Shown: in pieces, positions 41,274-49,450 of the stretch | How the letters are laid out: each line of letters begins with the position of its first letter | How positions within the stretch are numbered: the stretch's first letter is position 1 | From: Thermoplasmata archaeon | GTDB taxonomy: Archaea; Thermoplasmatota; Thermoplasmata; RBG-16-68-12; JAFNFQ01 | Direction of reading: 5' to 3' | Assembly: GCA_041489255.1 (NCBI GenBank) | Contig: JBGPQV010000001.1 | Coordinates: forward strand, 160,001-224,000 | Length of the DNA stretch: 64,000 bases | Position numbers and translations under genes: made by a program | The notes under the pieces: generated by a model | What the model was told of the DNA's origin: nothing | Databases searched by the model: none | The model's input: the letters and a program-made list of their open reading frames with translations, nothing else

Positions 41274-41810
41274 CTACTTCCACTTCTTGACGATGTCTTC
41301 GGCCCTGACGATCTTGGCCCCGTAAATGTTCTTTAAATACTCCAGGCCCTGCTGCTGCGCCTGCTCGTCCATCGCCTCGACGCCGTCGTCGGGGATGATC
41401 GGCTCGTAGCCGCGGAAGAACGCGTCGGCGGTGGTGTGGCGGTCGCAGATGTTCGTGTGCAGGCCTGTTATGACGATCTTCCTCGCGTCGTGCGCCCTGA
41501 GGATAGTGTCCAGCTCCGTCTCGAAGAAGCAGCTGTAGGTCCTCTTCGGCACATTGTAGTCCTCCTTCTCGGGCCTCAGCTCGGGGATGACCTCGGCGCC
41601 CTTGGTGCCGCGCATGGCGTGAGCGCCCCAGACCTTGAGTTCAAAGTCGCTCTTGAGGTGCGAGTCGTTACAGTAGATCACGGGGACGTCGGCCTTCCTC
41701 GCGGCCACGGCCAGCTTCCTCAGGTTGGGGATGATCCTCTGGGCCCTGTCGCATCTCAGGCTCCCTGTCACGAAGTCGTTGAGCATGTCGACGACGAGTA
41801 TCGCGTCCAT
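41274..41810 (-). CDS. Isochorismatase-family cysteine hydrolase (nicotinamidase-like)
   Basis: VVDMLNDF, KRTYSCF, GLHTNIC catalytic D/K/C. Confidence 0.92.
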   Translation of the reverse strand: MDAILVVDMLNDFVTGSLRCDRAQRIIPNLRKLAVAARKADVPVIYCNDSHLKSDFELKVWGAHAMRGTKGAEVIPELRPEKEDYNVPKRTYSCFFETELDTILRAHDARKIVITGLHTNICDRHTTADAFFRGYEPIIPDDGVEAMDEQAQQQGLEYLKNIYGAKIVRAEDIVKKWK

Positions 41811-41906
41811 TCTCCTGCACCTGATTGAGGTTAGGACGGAGGGTGTTTAAGACTTTCGAAATCAGGGGCGTTTATCTGGAGCGCCGCCATGGTTTCATGT
41901 GAGAAC

Positions 41907-42040
41907 ATGAGGACGCTGACAGAACCCCAGATCACCGCAATGATGAAGAAAGTCCGCGGATGGACGCGGACGGAAGACGCGATCGAGCGGACCTGGAGGT
42001 TCAGGACCTTCATGGAAGCCGTGGCCTTCATGAACCGCGG
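41907..42040 (+). pseudogene. Pterin-4a-carbinolamine dehydratase, 5' fragment
   Basis: MRTLTEPQI...GWTRTEDAIERTWRFRTFMEAVAFMNR, after which similarity stops. Confidence 0.8.
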
Positions 42041-42196
42041 TGGCACTTGCGCTCTGGAGTGCGCTCAAGTCCACAGTGAGTTATTCCGAACCGACATTTG
42101 ATAGGCTAGCACAGGTTTTCACCCCAACCGGTGTGGCATGGACGATTCTGTCAACGGGCTGCGCAGTAGCTAGGTTCTCGGAACACAACTAGTGGG

Positions 42197-42748
42197 TTGG
42201 TCATGAGTCAAATGGAGGAATCCCAATTGATGTACAAAGAAACGGTGTCAATCCCGATTCCAGGTTCCAACCTCCGGAGTCTAGGGAGTATAGTTAAATT
42301 CAGAATCCTCACTTGGGCAATCGTGATATTCTTGGCCTTTGGCTGGTCTCTCATCCTCTTCTGGATCTTGCTGGCAAGTGAAGCAAAGCTCGTGGTCTCA
42401 ATTCTAGTCGCTCTTGGTCTAATGGTGCTTGTGCATTCTGATATGGAGTCGCGTGAGTGGTGCTATTCCGCGATACCGATAGTCCTATACGACAAGGGCA
42501 TAGCTATGCCGGTTTTGGCTCTCGAAAGGATTCTTCTCCATAAGCCTTCGTTCGTGCCGACGGACGAGATTCAAGCCGTGAGGATTGTCGAGCGGGGCAA
42601 GGAAACGGACCGCAACCGTGTCCTCCTAGAGATGGTCATCGAGACGAAAGATGGAAGACGATATAGGTCAAGAAGCAAGCTAGAGTCTGAGGTTCGAAGA
42701 ATCGAGGAGGTCATCAGGGAAAAATGGCCTAGGGTCTTGATCGGCTAG
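42197..42748 (+). CDS. Hypothetical 2-TM protein inserted within the dehydratase gene
   Basis: Two hydrophobic helices then a soluble beta domain; visibly more AT-rich than its neighbours; start uncertain. Confidence 0.65.
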   Translation: MVMSQMEESQLMYKETVSIPIPGSNLRSLGSIVKFRILTWAIVIFLAFGWSLILFWILLASEAKLVVSILVALGLMVLVHSDMESREWCYSAIPIVLYDKGIAMPVLALERILLHKPSFVPTDEIQAVRIVERGKETDRNRVLLEMVIETKDGRRYRSRSKLESEVRRIEEVIREKWPRVLIG

Positions 42749-42919
42749 GGACTCACTTCCAGTGGCTGGGAGAACTCCCTTTACATCAACCCGCTCGATG
42801 GCGTCACCCGCCGCCCCTCCTTTACGGGAAATCAGAACGTGGCCTCGTGCCAAGCGACGATTAACGGCTCTCAAGTTGAGTGAGTAGCCTCGAGGTGACG
42901 TTTTGGCGGTTCTCGCTTC

Positions 42920-43039
42920 CATGATCCGAACCTCACGAACGTCTGGGCGACAGTCACGATACGCTACACGACCCACGATGCTGGCGGTCTCACCAAGAAG
43001 GACTTCGAGATGGCCGTCAATATCAACAGGATTGCCTAG
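42920..43039 (+). pseudogene. Pterin-4a-carbinolamine dehydratase, 3' fragment
   Basis: HDPNLTNVWATVTIRYTTHDAGGLTKKDFEMAVNINRIA* contains the family THDAGGLT..DF motif. Confidence 0.85.
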
Positions 43040-44031
43040 GGACGGAGATACCTCTCGCCCATCTTCGAGAATGAACCGCGACCCGGGATGGTCTCTCGCT
43101 CCGAATCCCGCACGAACACGCCGTAGTAAGGAACGCGCTCTGCCGCCACCCGCCTGAAGGCCTCCCTGACCCCATCGTCGTCCAGCCCGCGCAGCTGGAC
43201 GAGATTGTCGTTCCTGTTGAGGCAACCTTTCAGCCGCGCGTCGTGAGTGAGGCGGATGCGGTGGCAGTTCGCGCAGAACTCGGGGTTCCTCACGGGGTCC
43301 ACGACCTCGACCTCAGCGCCGTTCAGGTGGTAGATCCTGCGGTGGTGCATCTCCCTCGTGATCACGCTGTCCGCTCTCTTTTCGAGCCACTCTTTCAACT
43401 CGTCCATGTCCGCGGACCACTCCTCGTGGCGGACGAGCTCTGGCATGAACTGGATCAGCTGCAGCTTCAGTCCCTTCGTCCCGCCAACGTAGTCGATCAT
43501 GGCGGGGATGTACTCCATCGTCTGTTTCATCACGACGAGGTTGAGCTTCACGGGTTTCAGCCCCGCCTCCAAGGCGGCCCTCACTCCCGCCAAGACCGGC
43601 TGGAGGCTCCCGTGCCTGATGTCTTTGAAGGCATCAGGATTGAGAGAATCGAGGCTGACGTTGATCCTCTTCAGTCCCGCCAAGCGCAAGGCGTTGGCCC
43701 GTCCCGCCAGCGCGGAACCATTCGTCGTGAGAGAAACATCCGATACATGCTGGACGCACCTATCAACAATCTCCTCTAAGTCTCTCCTCACCAGCGGCTC
43801 GCCGCCGGTGAGCTTGACGCTCCCTATTCCCAGCTCTCTCGCGATTCTGACATACCGCCCAATTTCGTCGGGGCTCATCTCGCCGTTCTTCCGGTCGGGG
43901 AGTAGTGGCGGGTGACCGAGGCCCTCGTTGTGGCAGTAGATACAGGAGAAGTTGCAGCGGCTCGTGACGGAGATTCGGAGGTCCGTCACCACCCGCCCAA
44001 ATGAGTCGACCAACATGCGCTGGCTGTCCAT
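43036..44031 (-). CDS. moaA: GTP 3',8-cyclase MoaA
   Basis: LVDSFGR, LRISVTSRCNFSCIYCH, LTGGEPL, FCANCHRIRLT...KGCL. Confidence 0.93.
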   Translation of the reverse strand: MDSQRMLVDSFGRVVTDLRISVTSRCNFSCIYCHNEGLGHPPLLPDRKNGEMSPDEIGRYVRIARELGIGSVKLTGGEPLVRRDLEEIVDRCVQHVSDVSLTTNGSALAGRANALRLAGLKRINVSLDSLNPDAFKDIRHGSLQPVLAGVRAALEAGLKPVKLNLVVMKQTMEYIPAMIDYVGGTKGLKLQLIQFMPELVRHEEWSADMDELKEWLEKRADSVITREMHHRRIYHLNGAEVEVVDPVRNPEFCANCHRIRLTHDARLKGCLNRNDNLVQLRGLDDDGVREAFRRVAAERVPYYGVFVRDSERETIPGRGSFSKMGERYLRP

Positions 44032-44236
44032 GGCGGTGCCCGCTAAATAGTTGACGAACGAATCTTCATGGTGAAGAGAAGGGCTTGAAAGCCGCTCGAG
44101 TAGAGGAGACGGCGACGGGCAAGAATGTCGTCCCGCTGCCCTCTCCAAATGCAGGTTTATCGAGGAAACCCGGGACAGCGCGAAGGGATTGATTGCAGCG
44201 CCAGCGCAGTCTGCCACGGCAACGAGATGCGACGAG

Positions 44237-44473
44237 TCAGCCGCCGGAATTCCTTCCCCTTTGGGCTCGACGCTTTGATTCGACTGCACTTCCTCCGCCA
44301 GATATGATTCCAATAATGTCATCCACGTTCCCTTTCCCGCGTGGTCTGACAACTATCTTGTCATCTTCAATCGACCATTCTAGGACATCCCCTTCAAGAA
44401 TCCGCAGGGGTTTGCGGATCTCTTTGGGAACGATAGTGAGATGGCCTTTGGAAACCTTCGTTCTGCTAAGCAT
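44237..44473 (-). CDS. AbrB/MazE-family DNA-binding protein (antitoxin-like)
   Basis: TKVSKGHLTIVPKEIRKPLRILEGDVLEW. Confidence 0.85.
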   Translation of the reverse strand: MLSRTKVSKGHLTIVPKEIRKPLRILEGDVLEWSIEDDKIVVRPRGKGNVDDIIGIISGGGSAVESKRRAQRGRNSGG

Positions 44474-44764
44474 GCCAGAATCCGTATGGAGTCCGAGATG
44501 TTTAGTCATTGGCCTCGGGCTCGTCAAGACACACCGGGATTGACTCGTACATCCGCGGAACTGCTGCTCTCGATGCTTTGGGTCTTGATTACCAATGACA
44601 GCCGCCAATGGGTCACTCACACAAAACCAGCCGGTGCTCTTCCACCATACCTTAATGTACTAGTGCCGTCTATCAAACCGATAGCGCGAAGACTTTTCGG
44701 CTAAGGCGCAGGGTGTTTAACCCCTCAAAGCGTTGGCGAAGGACTTGCGTGCGAAAGTGAGAAC

Positions 44765-45283
44765 ATGGAAAAGGTATTCACGAAAGTGAAAGACTTGTCC
44801 CCGTCCACCAAGCAGGTGAACGTGAAGGCCAAGATTGTGAGCGTAGGCGAGAAGAGACAGATAGAGTCCAGATTCGGGGGCGCGAGGTCCCTGGCAGAGG
44901 CGGTCATCGGCGACGAGACCGCAACCGTCATCCTCTCGCTCTGGGAGGACCAGATAAACGCCGTTGGGGAGAACGACACCATCATGATCGACAACGGGTT
45001 CACGTCGTTGGTGAGGGGTCACCTCCGCCTGAACGTCGGGAAGTACGGCTCGCTTACAAAGAGCGAAGAGCAGATGCCCGAGGTCAACACGAAGGTTGAC
45101 ATCTCGGCAATCGAGCACGAGCGCGAGCCCCGCTACAGCAGCATGGGCGGCGGTGGCGGCGGCGGCGGGTACGGCGGCGGCGGACGAAGTGGCGGAAGTG
45201 GCGGCGGCGGATACCGCGGTGGCGGCCGAGGAGGCTATGGCGACCGTGGCGGCGACCGCGACAGAGGCAGAAGGCGCTTCTAG
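44765..45283 (+). CDS. ssb: Single-OB-fold ssDNA-binding protein with Gly/Arg-rich tail
   Basis: KVKDL...VNVKAKIV, IGDETATVILSLW, RLNVGKYG; RGG tail. Confidence 0.88.
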   Translation: MEKVFTKVKDLSPSTKQVNVKAKIVSVGEKRQIESRFGGARSLAEAVIGDETATVILSLWEDQINAVGENDTIMIDNGFTSLVRGHLRLNVGKYGSLTKSEEQMPEVNTKVDISAIEHEREPRYSSMGGGGGGGGYGGGGRSGGSGGGGYRGGGRGGYGDRGGDRDRGRRRF

Positions 45284-45334
45284 ACCTGCTCAGCTAGTGC
45301 AATCAAGGGGAAGGGCGCTCAAGCCGTTCCCCAC

Positions 45335-46255
45335 CTAACTTCTTTTCATTTCTTTTCGGGCGAGCTGCAGCTTTGGCGAATACCTGCCGGGGGGATTCAG
45401 GTGGAAATATCCTCTGATGAACCGCTGCCCGACCCTCGTCGGGACCAGGGAGCCCGCCAAGGAAAGCAGCCTATCTCTCGCTCTGACGGAGTACCGCGAC
45501 TTCGGGTTCTTCGCCCTGACCGCTCTCATGATGACCTTCGCGACGCGTTCTGCCGGCGCGCCGATCGGGCCATCGTTCTCGTACATCGTCCTGATGCTCG
45601 CATACGCGTTCGCGTAAGGGCCGTCGTTCCTGCGGATTATGTGCCCGCTAGCCTTGATTGCGTTCTCGGAGAACTTCGTGTTGACCGGGCCGGGCTCGAT
45701 GATGACCACGCGGATCCCGAACTGGTGCACCTCGGCTCGCATCGCGAGGCTCAGGGCCTCCACGCTGAACTTCGTCGAGCAGTACGCGCCCATCAGAGGC
45801 GCTGGAACTCGGCCTGCGACCGAACTGATGTTGACGATCGTTCCGCCGCCGCTCCGGCGCATCAAGGGCAGCGCGGCCTTCGACACATCGACCAGACCGA
45901 AGACATTCACGTCGAACTGCCGCCTCAGGTCTTCCGAGGGAATCTCCTCGATTGCGCCGAAGAGCGCATAGCCGGCGTTGTTGACGAGGACGTCAAGGCG
46001 CCCCGCCCCCGTCCCTATTTCGGAGATGACAGCGTCTATCTCTCCCTGTTTCGACACATCGAGGGGCCGTGCCTGCAGGAAGAGCCCTGATTCTAAGGCT
46101 CTCTTCCTCAGGGACTCAAGGTGTTCGACGTTCCTGGCGGTGGCGCAAACGCGATAACCCGCTTTGGCGAGCGCCCACGCGGTCGCCTCGCCTATCCCGC
46201 TTGAACAGCCTGTCACGAGAGCTACTTTCGTGCCTGCATTCATTTTCTCACGCAA
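45335..46255 (-). CDS. Short-chain dehydrogenase/reductase
   Basis: TGCSSGIG, NNAG, YCSTK. Confidence 0.92.
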   Translation of the reverse strand: MREKMNAGTKVALVTGCSSGIGEATAWALAKAGYRVCATARNVEHLESLRKRALESGLFLQARPLDVSKQGEIDAVISEIGTGAGRLDVLVNNAGYALFGAIEEIPSEDLRRQFDVNVFGLVDVSKAALPLMRRSGGGTIVNISSVAGRVPAPLMGAYCSTKFSVEALSLAMRAEVHQFGIRVVIIEPGPVNTKFSENAIKASGHIIRRNDGPYANAYASIRTMYENDGPIGAPAERVAKVIMRAVRAKNPKSRYSVRARDRLLSLAGSLVPTRVGQRFIRGYFHLNPPGRYSPKLQLARKEMKRS

Positions 46256-46494
46256 CTTCTACAAACGTCTCACGTTCTGTAAGAACATTCTCGTTTCCGA
46301 TGAAGGATTTGAGAATCATCGCGCCAAATGAGCCGCGCTACTTGTGAGCATAGGACACGACAAACATAACCAGTGCACATCGGCACTAGTTCTTCGACTA
46401 TCAGCATTATACATATAGAAGCCTTTTGACGAAAGATATATCGGTAATATTCTGATAGCCGAGTTCCGCTTACAGTTCTACACGACGAGAAGGA

Positions 46495-46803
46495 ATGTTG
46501 ATGGTGCTCGAGAAGGCGCTTCCGGAGCAATCGCAGGCGAGGTACTGGAGGAAGCCTCTCGACATCGATGCGCAGAAGATTCCGAGGGGCAAGGTGCACA
46601 TAATCGACGTGAGGTGCAAGGAATGCGGCTTTTGCATCGAGTTCTGCCCCAAGGACGTGCTCGAGAAGTCCGACAAGTTCAACAAGAAGGGCTACAACAT
46701 CGTCAGAGTCGTCAAGGGGCGCGAGGACATGTGCGTCGCGTGCAAGCACTGCGAGGACATTTGCCCCGAGTTCGCATTATGGATTGAGGAGGTGAAAGTC
46801 TGA
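46495..46803 (+). CDS. korD: 2-oxoacid:ferredoxin oxidoreductase delta subunit (2x[4Fe-4S])
   Basis: CKECGFCIEFCP and CVACKHCEDICP. Confidence 0.88.
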   Translation: MLMVLEKALPEQSQARYWRKPLDIDAQKIPRGKVHIIDVRCKECGFCIEFCPKDVLEKSDKFNKKGYNIVRVVKGREDMCVACKHCEDICPEFALWIEEVKV

Positions 46804-47948
46804 GAGGTGCAGTTCTGACCGGTGCTCACTTCATGAACGGCGACGTCGCAGCCGCCGAAGGTGCGATCGCCGCCGGATGCCGATTCTTTGCAGGATATCC
46901 GATTACTCCCGCAACCGAAGTCACGGAGAGGATGGCAGAGAGGTTGCCCGAGGTCAACGGGCGCTATATCCAGATGGAGGACGAGATTGGTTCCATGGCC
47001 GCAATCCTCGGAGCGAGCGCGGCAGGCATGAAGGCGATGACGTCCACGTCGGGTCCAGGCTTCAGCTTGATGATGGAGAATATCGGGCTTGGTGCGATGA
47101 TGGAGATTCCCTGCGTCGTGATCGATGTGCAGCGGGGCGGACCGAGCACGGGTCTCCCGACGCTCGTCGCCCAGCAGGACATGATGCAGGCCAGATGGGG
47201 GAGTCACGGCGACTACGCCCTCGTGGCCTACTGCCCGAACTCGCCGCAGGAGATGTTCAACCTCGCGATACAGGCCTTCAACACGGCGGAAAAGTATCGC
47301 ATACCCACCCTCGTCATGGCTGACGAGTCGATCGGCCACATGACCGAGAAGGTCATGATTCCAGAGCAGGGGGCGATCCATCTCGTCGGAAGGAAGAAGC
47401 CCACGGTCCCGCCGGAGCAGTATGTCCCGTTCAGACCGGATGCGGACCTGATCCCGCCGATGGCCTTGGCGGGTGAAGGATACTCCGTGCGCATGACAGG
47501 TCTGACTCACGATGAGTACGGTCGACCGGCAATCAATCTCGATGCGCAGACGCAACTGGTCCCCCGGCTAGCGGAGAAAATCCACAAGCACGCATCGGAA
47601 ATAATCAAGTACGAAGAATTGCACATGGACGACGCGGACGTGGTCGTCGTCGCCTATGGGATTACGAGTCGCTGCGTGAGGCGGTCCGTCGAGCTCGCAA
47701 GGAAGGACGGGGTCAAGGCTGGGCTGTTCCGTCTCATCACCGCTTGGCCATTCCCTGAAAAGAAGGTCAAGGAGCTCGCGTCCCAGGTCAAAGCATTCGT
47801 GGTCCCCGAGATCAACCTCGGGCAGATGGTCCTTGAGGTGGAGAGGGCAGTGGCGGGCCGCGTACCGGTCAGAAGCGTCACCTACCATGGCGGGGGAATG
47901 CCGAGTCCGGAGCTGACTTACGATACAGTCATGGAGGTTGCCAAGTGA
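46800..47948 (+). CDS. korA: 2-oxoacid:ferredoxin oxidoreductase alpha subunit
   Basis: GYPITPATE, QMEDEI, TSGPGFSLM, QRGGPSTGLPT; start is CTG 46800 (inferred) or ATG 46833. Confidence 0.93.
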   Translation: MRGAVLTGAHFMNGDVAAAEGAIAAGCRFFAGYPITPATEVTERMAERLPEVNGRYIQMEDEIGSMAAILGASAAGMKAMTSTSGPGFSLMMENIGLGAMMEIPCVVIDVQRGGPSTGLPTLVAQQDMMQARWGSHGDYALVAYCPNSPQEMFNLAIQAFNTAEKYRIPTLVMADESIGHMTEKVMIPEQGAIHLVGRKKPTVPPEQYVPFRPDADLIPPMALAGEGYSVRMTGLTHDEYGRPAINLDAQTQLVPRLAEKIHKHASEIIKYEELHMDDADVVVVAYGITSRCVRRSVELARKDGVKAGLFRLITAWPFPEKKVKELASQVKAFVVPEINLGQMVLEVERAVAGRVPVRSVTYHGGGMPSPELTYDTVMEVAK

Positions 47949-48868
47949 GCGCGCCTTTCGTCGACAAGTTGGAGGGGCTGGAGGACTTGCATCCGGCAGA
48001 CAAGTGGCTCCGAACGGACATGCTCCCTCACATCTGGTGTCCCGGCTGTGGCCTAGGCATAGTCCTCAACGCATACATCAAGGCGGTTGAGAAAGCGCAG
48101 ATTCCGAGGGAGAAGCGGGTCGTGGTCTCTGGGATCGGCTGTAGCGGACGCGCGGCGGGCTATTTGAACCAGGACTCCTACCACACCACCCATGGTCGTT
48201 CAATCGCTTTCGCGACAGGCATCAAGATTGCCCGGCCGGATCTCAATGTCGCCGTCATCAGCGGCGATGGCGACCTGTTCGCGATTGGCGGGAACCATTT
48301 CATCCATGCGGCGCGGAGGAATATGGACCTCAAAGTGATATGCGTCAACAACTTCAACTATGGGATGACGGGAGGCCAGGGCGGCCCGACGACACCCATC
48401 GGGGCGAAGACAACGACCACACCTTACGGGGGCTTCGAGCACCCGTTCAACCTCCCGTGGCTGGCGGCCACGTGCGGCGCGGTTTACGTTGCGAGATGGA
48501 CCACGCTCGACAGCAGGAGACTGCGCGATTCGATTGCCGAGGCGCTCACGAAGAAGGGGTTTGCCTTCGTGGAAGTCATCTCCCCATGTCCGATCGGCTT
48601 CGGCAGGCCCAACAAGATAGGCAGCGGCCTCGACGAGATGAAGATGTACATGGACAAGTGGGACCTCAAGCCGCCGAACTGGATCATCCAGGAAGGCTCG
48701 AACCCGAGGGAAGCGGACATCACCCTGGGGAAACCCATCGTGGTCGGCAAGTTCGTCGACATCGACAGGCCGACCTTCCTCGACCTCTACTGGAAGATAC
48801 TGCCTCACAAGGAGGAGACGCCTCTGAACGATGTCGAGAAGAAGCAGGTTGCGGGGGCGAAGGCATGA
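47945..48868 (+). CDS. korB: 2-oxoacid:ferredoxin oxidoreductase beta subunit
   Basis: WCPGCG, GIGCS, TPP motif GDGD...NN, GMTGGQ. Confidence 0.93.
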   Translation: MSAPFVDKLEGLEDLHPADKWLRTDMLPHIWCPGCGLGIVLNAYIKAVEKAQIPREKRVVVSGIGCSGRAAGYLNQDSYHTTHGRSIAFATGIKIARPDLNVAVISGDGDLFAIGGNHFIHAARRNMDLKVICVNNFNYGMTGGQGGPTTPIGAKTTTTPYGGFEHPFNLPWLAATCGAVYVARWTTLDSRRLRDSIAEALTKKGFAFVEVISPCPIGFGRPNKIGSGLDEMKMYMDKWDLKPPNWIIQEGSNPREADITLGKPIVVGKFVDIDRPTFLDLYWKILPHKEETPLNDVEKKQVAGAKA

Positions 48869-49416
48869 GGAAGGAGATCAGGTTCACGGGTTTCGGAGGG
48901 CAGGGGATCATTCTCAGCGGCTTCATCTATGGGAAGGCGGCGGCGATCTTTGGCGGGAAGAACGCGACCATGACCCAGAGTTACGGGCCGGAGGCGCGCG
49001 GCGGCGCATGCAGCTCGGACGTGGTCATAGAGGACGGACCCGTCTCGTTCCCCGAGGTCACCGCCCCGGAGATCATGGTCGTCATGTCGCGAGACGCCTA
49101 CAACACTCACAAGAAGCACATCAGGAAAGGGGTCAGGGTGTTCTACGACCAGGACCTCGTCCAGGTGGAGGAAGGCCTTGGTGCGGAATTCATCCCCATT
49201 CCTTCCTTGAAAATCGCGGAGGGCCTCGGCAAGAAGATAGTTGCCAACATCGTCATGCTCGGGGCGCTTGCGGCGGGGAGCGACATAGTCCCCAAGGACG
49301 CGGTGAAGCAGGCGATACTGAGCACGGTCCCGCCGGCCACGAAGGAGCTTAACGAGAAGGCGTTCGAGGCGGGCTACGCCCAGGCGAAGCAGGTTCTGGA
49401 GAAAATCAAGGCATGA
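48865..49416 (+). CDS. korG: 2-oxoacid:ferredoxin oxidoreductase gamma subunit
   Basis: GFGGQG, QSYGPEARGG, NIVMLG; ATGA overlap with korB. Confidence 0.92.
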   Translation: MRKEIRFTGFGGQGIILSGFIYGKAAAIFGGKNATMTQSYGPEARGGACSSDVVIEDGPVSFPEVTAPEIMVVMSRDAYNTHKKHIRKGVRVFYDQDLVQVEEGLGAEFIPIPSLKIAEGLGKKIVANIVMLGALAAGSDIVPKDAVKQAILSTVPPATKELNEKAFEAGYAQAKQVLEKIKA

Positions 49417-49450
49417 GCCGGCTCACGGTCAATCCATGGAGGTACGCCTG

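Noticed and set aside
44032-44352. N-terminal extension of MoaA in the ORF track
   Set aside because: It overlaps the AbrB gene; MoaA similarity begins at MDSQRMLVDSFGR.
46349-46359. CATAGGACACG shared with the thermosome promoter region (~61950)
   Set aside because: A single 11-nt match in a different position relative to the TATA box; compatible with chance.
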